Below, one piece after another: positions 47,311 through 59,600 of a stretch of DNA of 64,000 nt. Under the pieces are notes generated by a model. The model worked only from the letters and a program-made list of their open reading frames with translations. It searched no databases and was not told where the DNA came from. A program made the translations under genes and the position numbers. This DNA is from Heptranchias perlo (taxonomy: Eukaryota): NCBI RefSeq assembly GCF_035084215.1, contig NW_027139217.1, positions 186,001-250,000 of the forward strand. The letters are read 5' to 3'. The stretch's first letter is position 1, and every line of letters starts with the position of its first letter.

Positions 47311-49960
47311 ACATAAGAACATAAGAAATAGGAGCAGGAGTAGGCCATCCGGCCCCTCGAGCCTGCTCCGCCATTCATAGAATCATAGAATTATAGAATC
47401 GTAGAAAATTTATGGCACAGAAGGAGGCCATTCGACCCATCGTGTCCGTGCCGGCCAAAAATGTGCCACCCAGCCTAATCCCACTTTCCAGCACTTGGTC
47501 CGTAGCCCTGTAGGTTATGGCACTTCAGGAGCACATCCAGGTACTTTTTAAATGAGTTGAGGGTTTCTGCCTCTCCCACCCTCTCAGGCGGTGAGTTCCA
47601 GACCCCCACCACCCTCTGGGTGAAAAAAATTCACCTCAGCTCCCCTCTAATCCTTCTACCAATTACTTTAAATCCATGCCCCCTGGGCATTGACCTCTCT
47701 GCTAAGGGAAATAGATCCTTGCCCCTCATAATTTTATACACCGGGGAACATAGGAACATAGGAACAGGAGTAGGCCATTCAGCCCCTCGAGCCTGCTCCA
47801 CCATTTGATAAGATCATGGCTGATCTGTGATCTCACTCCATATACCTGCCTTTGGCCCATATCCCTTAATACCTTTGGTTGCCAAAAAGCTATCCATCTC
47901 AGATTTAAAATTAGCAATTGAGCTAGTATCAATTGCCGTTTGCAAAAGAGAGTTCCAAACTTCTACCACCCTTTGTGTGTAGAAATGTTTTCTAATCTCA
48001 CTCCTGAAAGGTCTGGCTCTAATTTTTAGACTGTGCCCCCGACTCCTAGAATCCCCAACCAGCGGAAATAGTTTCTCTCTATCCACCCTATCTGTTCCTT
48101 TTAATATCTTATAAACTTCGATCAGATCACCCCTTAACCTTCGAAACTCTAGAGAATACAACCCCAATTTGTGTAATCTCTCCTCGTAACTTAACCCTTG
48201 AAGTCCGGGTATCATTCTAGTAAACCTACGCTGCACTGCCTCCAAGGCCAATATGTCCTTCCGAAGGTGCGGTGCCCAGAACTGCTCACAGTACCTCAAT
48301 TAAATCTCCCCTCAGCCTCCTTTGTTCAAAAGAAAACAACCCCAGCCCATCCAATCTTTCCTCATAGCTAAAATTCTCCAGTCCTGGCAACATCCTCGCA
48401 AATCTCCTCTGTACCCTCTCTAGTGCAATCACATCTTTCCTGTAATGTGGTGACCAGAACTGTACACAGTACTCAAGCTGTGGCCTAACCAATGTTTTAT
48501 ACAGTTCCAGCATAACCTCCCTGCACTTATATTCGATGCCTTGGCCTAATAAAGGAAAGTATTCCATCTGCCTTCTTAACCACCTTATCTGTCCTGCTAC
48601 CTCGGGGATCTGTGGACATGCACTCCAAGGTCCCTCTCTTCCTCGACACCTCTCAGTATCCTCCCATTTATTGTGTGCTCCCTTGCCTTGTTTGCCCTCC
48701 CCAAAGGCACTACCTCACACTTCTCTGGATTGAATTCCATTTGTCACTTTTCTGCCCACCTGACCAGTCCATTGATATCTTCCTGCAGTCTACAGCTTTC
48801 CTCCTCACTATCAACCGCACGGTCAATTTTTGTATCATCTGCAAACTTCTTAATCATGGCCCTACATTTAAGTCCAAATCATTAATATATATCAAAAAAA
48901 GCAAGAGACCCAGTATCGAGCCTTGTGGAACCCCACTGGAAACAGCCTTCCAGTCACAAAAACACCCGTCGACCATTTCCCTTTGCTTCCTGCCACTGAG
49001 CCAATTTTGGATACAATTTGCCACTTTCCCTTGGATCCCATGAGCTTGTACTTTTTTGACCAGTCTGCCATGTGGGACCTTGTCAAAAGCCTTGCTAAAA
49101 TCCATGTATTCTACATCAAACGCACTACCCTCATCGACCCTCCTTGTTACCTCCTCAAAAAATTCAATCAAGTTGGTCAGACATGACCTTCCCTTAACAA
49201 ATCCATGCTGACTGTCCTTGATTAACCCGTGCCTTTCTAAGTGACGGTTTATCCTGTCCCTCACAATTGATACCAATAATTTGCCCACCACTGAGGTTAG
49301 ACTGACTGGCCTATAATTACTCGGTCTCTCTCTTTCTCCCTTTTTAAACAACAGTAGAACGTTAGCAGTCCTCCAATCCTCCGGCATCACGCCTGTATCC
49401 AGGGAGGATTGGAAAATGATGGTCAGAGCCTCCGCTATTTCCTCTCTTGCTTCTTTCAACAACCTGGGATACATTTCATCCGGGCCTGGTGATTTGTTTA
49501 CTTTCAAAGATGCTAATCCCCTTAATATTTCCTCTCTCACTGTTTATCCCATCCAATATTTCACACTCCTCCTCCTTAACTACAATCTCTGCATCGTCCC
49601 TCTCCTTTGTGAAGACAGACGCAAAGTATTCATTAAGAACCAGACCCACATCTTCCCCCTCCACACACAGGTTACCTTTTTGGTCTCAATCAGATCATGA
49701 CTGATCTTCGACCTCAACTCCACTTTGCCGCCCGATCCCAATATCCCTTGTTTCCATCCCAGCCTTGAATATATTCAATGACTGACCATCCACAGCTCTC
49801 TGGGGGAGAGAATTCCAAAGATTCACAGCCCTCTGAGTGAAGAAATTCCTCCTCATCTCAGTCTTGAATGGCCGACCCCGAATCCTGCGACAATGCCCCC
49901 AAGTTCTAGACTCTCACAGGGGAAACAATCTCTCAGCATCTACACTGTCAAACTCCCTCT
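47311..49960 (-). mobile_element. Stack of nested CR1 LINE fragments
   Basis: Several CR1 tails (cataagaacataagaaataggagcaggagtaggcc) and RT pieces (KSPGPDEMYPRLL, QHGFVKGRSCLTNL, DFSKAFDKVPH, LYKTLVRPQLEYC). Confidence 0.92.
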
Positions 49961-49979
49961 ACTCCCCACCCCCCCCGCA

Positions 49980-50303
49980 GCCCGTGTCTCTCTATTCCCC
50001 CCCCGTGTCTCTCTATTCCCCCCCCGTGTCTTTCTATTCCCCCCCTGTGTCTCTCTATTCCCCCCCACCCCGTGTCTCTCTATTCCCCCCCCGTGTCTCT
50101 CTATTCCCCCCCCGTGTCTCTCTATTCCCCCCCCGTGTCTCTCTATTCCCCCCCGTGTCTCTCTATTCCCCCCCGTGTCTCTCTATTCCCCCCCCGTGTC
50201 TCTCTATTCCCCCCCCGTGTCTCTCTATTCCCCCCCCCCGTGTCTCTCTATTCCCCCCCCCCGTGTCTCTCTATTCCCCCCCCCGTGTCTCTCTATTCCC
50301 CCA
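49980..50303. repeat. ~21-bp C-rich minisatellite
   Basis: cccccccgtgtctctctatt repeats. Confidence 0.95.
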
Positions 50304-50304
50304 C

Positions 50305-50558
50305 CCCGTGAAGTTAAGAAACACTTCGACACTCAAAGGGTGGGAGAAGTTTGGAAACTCTCCTCCGCAAATGGCAGTTGGTGCGAGCTCAATTCGTAAT
50401 TTTAAATCTGAGATTGATAGATTTTTGTTCACCAAAGATATTAAGGGATGTGGGGCTAAGGCGGGGAAATGGACTGAGGTCACAGATCAACCATGATCTC
50501 ATCGAATGGCGGAACAGGCTCGAGGGGCCAAATGGCCTCGTCCTGTTCCTTTGTTCCT
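50305..50558 (+). mobile_element. CR1 LINE 3' end
   Basis: KKHFDTQRVGEVW...FKSEIDRFL...; tail ggcctcgtcctgttcct. Confidence 0.85.
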
Positions 50559-50599
50559 GTAATAAAGTTTCAATACTCTACAGGGAGTGGGCTGGTTTA

Positions 50600-51790
50600 G
50601 TTGACAGGCAACAGCAAGGGCACTGGCGAAGTGGCAGGGATGGGACAGGAGTGCTGTCATCCTGAGAGTGGACACTCGGTTCATGTTCCATGGAGCCACT
50701 GCCACTTGTTGTCTCCTGTTATGCACCACCTTCTCCTGCAAGAAAGCGGGACGTGTGTCGGTGAGTGTCCTGCAAGATGTTTGGGTGATGAGCCTGTCAT
50801 GGTTGAATAGCTAGTGCGTGTGGCCTGTGTGTTGTGGGTGGGTGGCTTGCAGCAGTGGTAATGTGTGAGGGTGAGAGGAAGCTTCTGATTGGAAGAGTTG
50901 AGTACTGATGGAAAGAGTTTGTTGGTATGTGGGTGATGGGGGTGTCGTGTGTGGGGCAGTTGGTTGGAGACACCACTGGACAGTTGACCTCACTCACCTT
51001 GACCACTCATGTCAGAGCATTGAACTTCTTCCTGCACTGCGTCCATGTTCATGATGCTGTGGGCCTGGCATTGACTTTGTCCCCCGCTGCCTTGGGAGCA
51101 TATATCTGGAGGGCCTCTTGACCCCCCGCGGATATAGGATGTCCCTCCTTCTGTCCACCTCTTGCACCAAGGCCTCTCGTGCATCATCAGAGAACCTTGG
51201 TGCTCGCAGTCTCACAGGCCTGGTACCAACTCAGATCGGCAGATTGGTGAGGTCTGACCTGCAGATTGGAGGATGTGGGATTTAGTAGTGTGCAACCTTT
51301 ATTCAATGTTTTAACATAACTCAACAGTTTGTAAACATAGGGAGGGGACCTGTATCTGTGTTTTACGTGTGCGATGTCTGATCTCCGTTCAGACTCTGTC
51401 CGAACCCGTATCTTATATTTTGCAAATATCAGAGTCCCTCAAACGTTGAGCAGCCCAGTTGTTGCTCATTAAAAATTCCACAGTTCCCATCATCATCGTG
51501 TTTCACGATATTGCAGCACAGATTCACTTCACCATTGACTTCCTCCACTTCCTGCAGACACACTGCACCTTCCCTTTAAGAGGTGCAGGCTGCCTTTAAG
51601 TGGTGCGAGCCACTCGTGATATCTGGGCCCCTGCTGGTGAGCAGCCACTCACAGTGCAGGGAGTGCTGGCTGGACGCAGCAATCAGGTAAATCACCAGGC
51701 AGCACGAATGTTACGTTCTTCCCACATCTCACCGACCGGGCACGGGTTCATCACGACCCGTGGAAGTGGTTTTCTCGGGCGGACCGAAAA
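50600..51790 (-). mobile_element. PIF/Harbinger transposon remnant carrying a Myb/SANT-like pseudogene
   Basis: RAPRFSDDAREALVQEVDRRRDILYP...VNA...TWTQCRKKFNAL..VVK|gtgagt (donor at 50997), then ttgcag|EKVVHNRRQQ (acceptor at 50736). Contains stops and a frameshift. Confidence 0.7.
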
Positions 51791-51839
51791 CACACCTCTT
51801 ACTATAAGTTCAGGAACGATCGGGACACTCGCTGGGAGC

Positions 51840-53462
51840 ACGGGGGGTCCTTTAAATACACAGATTGAGGTCCGGGGGTCCCTTAAATATACAGATTGAG
51901 GTTCGGGGGTCCTTTAAATACACTGATCGGGGTCCGGGGGGTCCTTTAAATACACTGATCGTGGTCCGGGGATCCTTTAAATACACTGATCGGGGTCTGG
52001 GGGTCCTTTAAATACACTGATCGGGGTCCGGGGGGGTCCTTTAAATACACAGATCGGGGTCCGGGGGTCCTTTAAATACACAGATCGGGGTCCGGGGGTC
52101 CTTTAAATACACTGATCGTGGTCCGGGGGTCCTTTAAATACACTGATCGGGGTCCGGGGGATCCTTTAAATACACTGATCGGGGTCCGGGGGTCCTTTAA
52201 ATACACAGATCGTGGTCCGGGGATCCTTTAAATACACTGATCGGGGTCCGGGGATCCTTTAAATACACTGATCGGGGTCCGGGGATCCTTTAAATACACT
52301 GATCAGGGTCCGGGGGGTCCTTTAAATACACAGATCGTGGTCCGGGGATCCTTTAAATACACTGATCGGGGTCCAGGGATCCTTTAAATACACTGATCGG
52401 GGTCCGGGGGGTCCTTTAAATACACTGATCGGGGTCCGGGGATCCTTTAAATACATTGATCGGGGTCCGGGGGTCCTTTAAATACACTGATCGGGGTCCG
52501 GGGGTCCTTTAAATACACTGATCGGGGTCCGGGGGTCCTTTTAATACACTGATCGAGGTCCGGGGGGTCCTTTAAATACACTGATCGTGGTCCGGGGGGT
52601 CCTTTAAATACACTTATCGGGGTCTGGGGGTCCTTTAAATACATTGATCGAGGTCCGGGGGTCCTTTAAATACATTGATCGGTGTCCAGGGGGTCCTTTA
52701 AATACACTGATCGGGGTCCGGGGGTCCTTTAAATACACTGATCGGGGTCCGGGGGTCCTTTAAATACACTGATCGAGGTCCGGGGGATCCTTTAAATACA
52801 CTGATCGGGGTCCAGGGGGTCCTTTAAATGCACTGATCGGGGTCCGGGGGATCCTTTAAATACACTGATCGGGGTCCAGGGGTCCTTTAAATACACTGAT
52901 CGGGGTCCGGGGGTCCTTTAAATAAACTGATCGGGGTCCGGGGGTCCTTTAAATACACTGATCGGGGTCCAGGGGTCCTTTAAATACACTGATCGGGGTC
53001 CGGGGGTCCTTTAAATACACTGATCGGGGTCCGGGGGGTCCTTTAAATACACTGATCGGGGTCCGGCGGTCCTTTAAATAAACTGATCGAGGTCCGGGGG
53101 TCCTTTAAATACATTGATCGGTGTCCAGGGGGTCCTTTAAATACACTGATCAGGGTCCGGGGGTCCTTTAAATACACTGATCGGGGTCCGGGGGATCCTT
53201 TAAATACACTGATCGGAGTCCGGGGGTCCTTTAAATACACTGATCGGGGTCCGGGGGTCCTTTAAATACACTGATCGGGGTCCCGGGGTCCTTTAAATAC
53301 ACTGATCGGGGTCCGGGGGTCCTTTAAATACACTGATCGGGGTCCGGGGATCCTTTAAATACACTGATCGGGGTCCGGGGGGTCCTTTAAATACACTGAT
53401 CAGGGTCCGGGGGTCCTTTAAATACACTGGTTGGGGTCCGGGGGTCCTTTAAATACACTGAT
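51840..53462. repeat. ~31-bp minisatellite
   Basis: gggggtcctttaaatacactgatcggggtcc, ~50 copies. Confidence 0.98.
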
Positions 53463-53605
53463 TGTCTCCGTAACCCATCTGCCCACTGCCCCCCTCCCAC
53501 CACCCCCGGCTTCCCAGGTGATTTCCGACTGTGAGCTGGGTGGTGATGGGATGGTGGACGGGGTCTCGGACTGGGTCTGACTGACCCCCTGTGTTTGATT
53601 GACAG

Positions 53606-53878
53606 GAATCCACATGATCCAGCAGATGACCGGCTGTGATCTGGGGGATGATGGGATCACCAGTGGGTTCTTTCAGTACGCCTGGGACGGGGAGGATTTC
53701 ATCAACTTCGACAGGGATCAGATGGTGTGGGTAACACCGGTACAGTGGGGAGAGATCACCAAGAACAGGTGGGACCAGGACACGCCCCGGAACCAAGGGG
53801 TGAAGGGATACCTGGAGGGGGAGTGCATCGAGTGGCTGAGGAAATACCTGGAGTACGGAGAGAGGGAACTGAGGGCCG
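53606..53878 (+). CDS. MHC class I exon 3 (alpha2 domain)
   Basis: gacag| IHMIQQMTGCDLGDDGITSGFFQYAWDGEDFINFDRDQMVWVTPVQWGEITKNRWDQDTPRNQGVKGYLEGECIEWLRKYLEYGERELRA |gtgagt. 273 nt, both cysteines present. Confidence 0.97.
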
Positions 53879-54354
53879 GTGAGTGAGGGGGGAGTGAGAG
53901 TCGGTGAGTGAGGGGGGAGTGAGAGTCGGTGAGTGAGGGGGGAGTGAGAGTCGGTGAGTGAGGGGGGACTGAGAGTCGGTGAGTGAGGGGGGAGTGAGAG
54001 TCGGTGAGTGAGGGGGGAGTGAGAGTCGGTGAGTGAGGGGGGGAGTGAGAGTCGGTGAGTGAGGGGTGACTGAGAGTCGGTGAGTGAGGGGGGAGTGAGA
54101 GTCGGTGAGTGAAGGGGGGGACTGAGAGTCGGTGAGTGAGGGGGGAGTGAGAGTCGGTGAGTGAAGGGGGGGACTGAGAGTCGGTGAGTGAGGGGGGACT
54201 GAGAGTCGGGGAGTGAGGGGAGGAGTGAGATTCGGTGAGTGAGGGGGGGAGTGAGAGTCAGTGAGTGAGGGGGGGACTGAGAGTCGGTGAGTGAGGGGGG
54301 AGTGAGAGTCGGTGAGTGAGGGGGGAGTGAGAGTCGGTGAGTGAGGGGGGGACT
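53877..54354. repeat. ~25-bp minisatellite built from the exon 3 donor site
   Basis: cggtgagtgaggggggagtgagagt, ~19 copies. Confidence 0.97.
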
Positions 54355-54641
54355 GGGGTCTGATCCCCAATTTAAAGGGGTTTGTCCCGTTCCCTGGGGT
54401 CTAATCCCCAGTTTAAAGGGGTTTGTCCCATTCCCTGGGGTCTCATCCCCAGTTTAAAGGGGTTTGTCCCGTTCCCTGGGGTCTAATCCCCAGTTTAAAG
54501 GGGTTTGTCCCGTTCCCTGGGGTCTAATCCCCAGTTTAAAGGGGTTTGTCCCGTTCCCTGGGGTCTAATCCCCAGTTTAAAGGGGTTTGTCCCGTTCCCT
54601 GGGGTCTAATCCCCAGTTTAAAGGGGTTTGTACCGTTCCCT
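54355..54641. repeat. 41-bp minisatellite
   Basis: ccctggggtctaatccccagtttaaaggggtttgtcccgtt, ~7 copies. Confidence 0.96.
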
Positions 54642-54680
54642 GTCTCACACTGACTCGGCTCTGATCTGTTTTACTCTCAG

Positions 54681-54956
54681 TTACTCCCCAAGTGTTTCTT
54701 TCTGTGGACAAGGCCTCAGACACTAAACCGGCCCAACTCTCCTGCCTGGTCACGGGGTTTTACCCTCGAGATATCGAACTCACCCTCCTGAGAAATGGAC
54801 GGCCGATCTCAGACACTGATTCCACTGGCATCCTGCCCAACCACGATGGCACCTACCAGATCAAGAGATGGGTTGAGATCGGGCCCGAGGACGGAGCCAC
54901 CTACTCCTGTCAGGTGGATCACAGCAGCAAAGCAGGAGTGGAGACCCGAGACTGGG
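54681..54956 (+). CDS. MHC class I exon 4 (alpha3 Ig C1 domain)
   Basis: ctctcag| VTPQVFLSVDKASDTKPAQLSCLVTGFYPRDIELTLLRNG...ILPNHDGTYQIKRW...YSCQVDHSS...RDW |gtaaga. 276 nt. Confidence 0.97.
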
Positions 54957-55009
54957 GTAAGAGGATCAGTGAGTGCAGGGGGAGAGTCTGAGGCTGAGGA
55001 TTAAAGATG

Positions 55010-55205
55010 TTTCTATCGCCTCTCCTCATTCTTCCTTCCAAAATACATCACTTCACACTTCTCTGTGTTAAATTTCATCTGCCATGTGTCTGCCCATTTC
55101 ACCAGTCTGTCTGTGTCCTCCTGAACTCTGTTACTATCCTCCACATTGTTTACTACATTTCCGAGTTTCGTGTCAGCTGCAAACTTTGAAATTATACCCT
55201 CTGTA
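55010..55205 (-). mobile_element. CR1 RT fragment
   Basis: Reverse complement of the KFA(A)DTK...WQMKFN..KCEVM region. Confidence 0.75.
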
Positions 55206-55733
55206 CCTGTGACGGGGAAATTTTATTCAGAAATACAAGAGATTTCCAAACCTGCCTGTCTATAATGAGCAGCACCATATATCTGGGTTACACTGAGTTA
55301 TTGACTGGCTGGGATCTGTGTGTCAGGTGAAGGAGGCCGTTAGTCCATTGAACTCCTCAACCTTCCATAGAAAGGCCGTATCACCCATCAGTATACTTCC
55401 ACCAGCTGACTCTGAGACTGTGCTGGGGATTCATCACTTGTGGAGGGGACTAGTAATGACTTTGGACTGATGGGTAATTCCAATATCTGCAGACAAGCAA
55501 CAACTTGTATTTATAAAGTGCCTTTAATGGAGAGAAACGTCCCAAAGTGCTTCCCAGGAGTGGAATCAAAGCCACGCTGAACTTTCTAACCTCCAACTTG
55601 CTCTGATCAGACTGCCCATCACATCGCAGACTCGAATCGAACTCAGTCTCAGGCACAGCTTTGGTCTCATTACTTCCTAATCAGCAGCGACTGTCGTTAT
55701 TCATTTCTCTCCTCCTCCTTATTCCCCCCACAG

Positions 55734-55870
55734 ATGGGACGTTCCGAGTGACTCCGGGATCTTCAGAGGGACCGAATCTGGGTTTAATTGTTGGAATTGT
55801 TCTTGCTGCCGTCGTCCTGATTGCTCTCGTCATTGGTGCCGTTGTCTGGAAGAAGAGAGGTAGGAAATGA
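55734..55870 (+). CDS. MHC class I exon 5 (connecting peptide and TM). Donor possible after 55859, or read-through to TGA at 55868-55870
   Basis: ccccacag| DGTFRVTPGSSEGPNLGLIVGIVLAAVVLIALVIGAVVWKKR G|gtagga. Read-through adds GRK* and gives a 331-aa protein. Confidence 0.92.
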
Positions 55871-55986
55871 GGACAGGATCTGTCCCACACGGGGATGAGC
55901 AGGTTCAAATGTTACAGCACAAATGGCAGAACATTAGAGACTTCCCATAGACATGTGGGAAACTCCGACACAGTCCAGTGATGGAC

Positions 55987-56394
55987 AGGGACCCGTACAG
56001 GGAGTGAAGGGACCGGGGCCCCGTACAGGGAGTGAAGGGACCGGGGCCCCGTACGGGGAGTGAAGGGACCGGGGCCCCGTACAGGGAGTGAAGGGACCGG
56101 GGCCCCGTACAGGGAGTGAAGGGACCGGGGCCCCGTACATGGAGTGAAGGGACCGGGGCCCCGTACAGGGAGTGAAGGGACCGGGGCCCCGTACAGGGAG
56201 TGAAGGGACCGGGGCCCCGTACAGGGAGTGAAGGGACCGGGGCCCCGTACAGGGAGTGAAGGGACCGGGGCCCCGTACAGGGAGTGAAGGGACCGGGGCC
56301 CCGTACGGGGAGTGAAGGGACCGGAGCCCTGTACATGGAGTGAAGGGACCGGGGCCCCGTACAGGGAGTGAAGGGACCGGGGCCCCGTACAGGG
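55987..56394. repeat. 28-bp minisatellite
   Basis: gggaccggggccccgtacagggagtgaa, ~14 copies. Confidence 0.97.
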
Positions 56395-56669
56395 AATGGG
56401 AGGCGGACAAGAGGCACAATTTGGAGGAACGCAGAGATCTCGGAGGGTTGTAGGGCTGGAGGAGGTTACAGAGATAGGGAGGGGGCGAGGGCCATGGAGG
56501 GATTTGAAAACAAGGATGAGAATTTTAAAATCGAGGCGTTCCCGGACCGGGAGCCAGTGTAGGTCAGTGAGCACAGGGGGTGCTGGGAGATCGGGACTTG
56601 GTGTGAGTTAGGATACGGGAGCAGAGTTTTGGATGAGTTGAAGTTTACGGAGGGTGGAAGGTGGGAGGA
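56395..56669 (-). mobile_element. L2/CR1-clade LINE fragment
   Basis: LTDLHWLPVRERLDFKILILVFKSLHG. Confidence 0.8.
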
Positions 56670-59600
56670 TGGAGGGAGCTGATCACTCCTTGATTCTGGG
56701 TGCAGTGCAGTCCGAACAAAGGTTGTGTGTATTTGGCGACTGAATGATGGAGTAAATTTAGTTACTGAGTATTGTTAACATCTGTAATCGAAATTGGGAT
56801 TGTGTATTGAGTGTTTATTTTTGTTGTAATAAAAGGAACAAAAAGGGAAGTACTCTTTGTGTCTGTGACTAAGTTTGTCTAATTTTATCGACGTTTATCG
56901 AAGTTTCTCTCTCCACTCTGTACCTTGTTTAAGCCGAGCCTCACAGGGTTAATGAGAAAATGCTTCAGGTTTCAGTGCGTGACGTGGATCCTGAGTTTAA
57001 AAGGAGTGTAAACTACCGCAGACAGTGAGCTCTGTCTGAGCTCAGTGCTGTTATGGCCGATATGGAAGGACAAATATCTGCCCATATAGCTGAGAAACTT
57101 CCGAAGTGGGAGGAAGAGTTTCAGGGCATGGAAAGCCAGGCAGACACGATGAGGGCGTGTCAGGGGAGATTTCATCAATTAATTCAGGACAAGGAACTTA
57201 AAGAGAAACAAGAGAAAGCCGTATGGTTCTTAGCGATGGGCATTCAGTCCAAAACAAGGACGGAGCGGCAGGAGAAGAAGGTTGTTTTTCGGACTGGAGG
57301 GAGGTGGAGCACCGAAACAACGGGCGATACACGGGCCAATTTAGCGCCCAGAGGGTTTTGAAAAAGAACTGGGAATGAAGGAAGAGATTTTTAAACAGGA
57401 GCAGAGAGACAAGGAAAAGGCTTTGGACAAAGAGGGGAAGAATAAAGAGATGGTGGAGAGACGAGTCCAGTCTCTCGAAAACCACGTTGAGTATTTCCAG
57501 ACAAAGGTTCTCAGTGAGGACGGAGAACTTGAGAGATTTAAAGCTCTGAATAATAATCAGGAACTCTTGTGTTTGAAATTGCGAAGAGAACATGGTGATT
57601 TCTGAGCAACAGTGAGAAGCCAGTTTGAGTAAGTTAAACAGGTTGGGGAGGGAGATGAAGTGAGTCGCACTCACTGTCAGCGAGAGACACTAAAGTTCCC
57701 GGCGGTGTTGAGAGTAAAAGGGGGGATAGTGTGAACGATAGTGCCGCCTGGTGAAGAGGGGGAAGGAAGGGAGTTGGATGAGGGAGACTGGGAAGATTTG
57801 GCAGGGAAGGCAGCACAGTCCCATAGTGGGGATTGTGAGCCCAGACTCAGAGAGCTGCCCCCACCTATGGAGCCAGTGATTCAGGTAAAGAGAGAGGACG
57901 CAGACAGAGACCCAGGAGAGGTAGTGAGTCACTATGTAGGACTGGATAGTCAGCAGGTCCTTCAGGAACGAGCCAAACAAGTCCCCGAGTTTGACAGGAG
58001 AGGGGACGTGATGAGACATTGTGTAGAAGGGGAACAAACGGCTGTGCCCAGCGGCATGGATGATGGGGGGAAGTGAGATTGTTACCGTGGACCTTGGGGG
58101 GGCTGTTTGGAGCGCTGACAGCAAACGGTAAAAATGGTTCCGGGGATTGGCGACAAACACAGGAAGCTGGATTAACAGTGATCGGGTTTAATAGACGGGA
58201 ACACACCGAGGGTCTAAAAATACCATCAGGGGCCCACTGAGGGTCTAAAAATACCATCAGGGGCCCACTGAGGGTCTAAAAATACCATCAGGGGCCCACT
58301 GAGAGTCTAAAAATACCATCAGGGGCCCACTGAGGGTCTAAAAATACCATCAGGGGCCCACTGAGGGTCTAAAAATACCATCAGGGGCCCACTGAGGGTC
58401 TAAAAATACCATCAGGGGCCCACTGAGAGTCTAAAAATACCATCAGGGGCCCACTGAGGGTCTAAAAATACCATCAGGGGCCCACTGAGGGTCTAAAAAT
58501 ACCATCAGGGGCCCACTGAGGGTCTAAAAATACCATCAGGGGCCCACTGAGGGTCTAAAAATACCATCAGGGGCCCACTGAGAGTCTAAAAATACCATCA
58601 GGGGCCCACTGAGGGTCTAAAAATACCATCAGGGGCCCACTGAATATCGCGAGGTGTTTGCCAATCGATTATAACGACTCTATGATCGGGTGTACGGTCC
58701 AGGATTGAACGGTGGGTCTTCGGGCAGCGTCCCACAGTGAGCCACTGGTTTAGAAGCCTGAACGGTCAGGCCCGACCCTATTTGCCGTCTGCCCTTGTGG
58801 GATTCGATCCCAGAGGAGGCGAACCAGAGTGAGGCGTGGGTCCTTCAGAGAATGACCCGAACCTGGGAAAACCGGAAAGTGGGTGGTGAGCCCAGGGTAA
58901 GTCTGGTCACAGCTCGGAAAAATGAGGGACCAGGGACTCAGAAACAGGGTCAGGATAAGAAAGGGAGCGGGAAACCAACAGAAAAACCCATAAATACAAG
59001 TGTCAGGGTGAGAGGGAGCAGTGGGATGAAATGTTCCAACTGTAGGGAGACGGGACACCTTGCTCGGGACTGTGGGCAGGACTGGAAGGGAGATCAGGCT
59101 GGTGAGGAAAGAGGCCGGGCAGGATTGGACCCTGACTTGGCAGAGTTTGGGAGAGAGCTCGATAACACATTCCATGGGGCGATTCCGAGTGTCCCCGGCA
59201 CCAGGATCACTGATGGTGGGAGACAAGAGAGGAGACAAAGAGACGGGGTCCGGGCACAGTGACCCGGGGGGAGGGGGGTCACAGTGACCCGGGGGAGGGG
59301 GGGTCACAGTGACCCGGGGGAGGGGGGGGTCACAGTGACCCGGGGGAGGGGGGGGTCACAGTGACCCGAGGGAGGGGGGGTCACAGTGACCCGGGGGGGG
59401 GGGTCACAGTGAACCGGGGGGGAGGGTCCGGTCACAGTGACCCGGGGGGGAGGGTCCGGTCACCGTGACCCGGGGGAGGGGAGAGTCACAGTGAACCGGG
59501 GGGGGGGGTCACAGTGACCCGGGGGGGGTCACGGTGACCCGGGGGGGGAATGTCCGGTCACAGTCACCCGGGGGGGGGTCACAGTCACCCGGGGGAGGGG

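Noticed and set aside
55850-55870. C-terminal KKRGRK as a dilysine ER-retrieval signal
   Set aside because: The lysines are not at -3/-4 or -3/-5.
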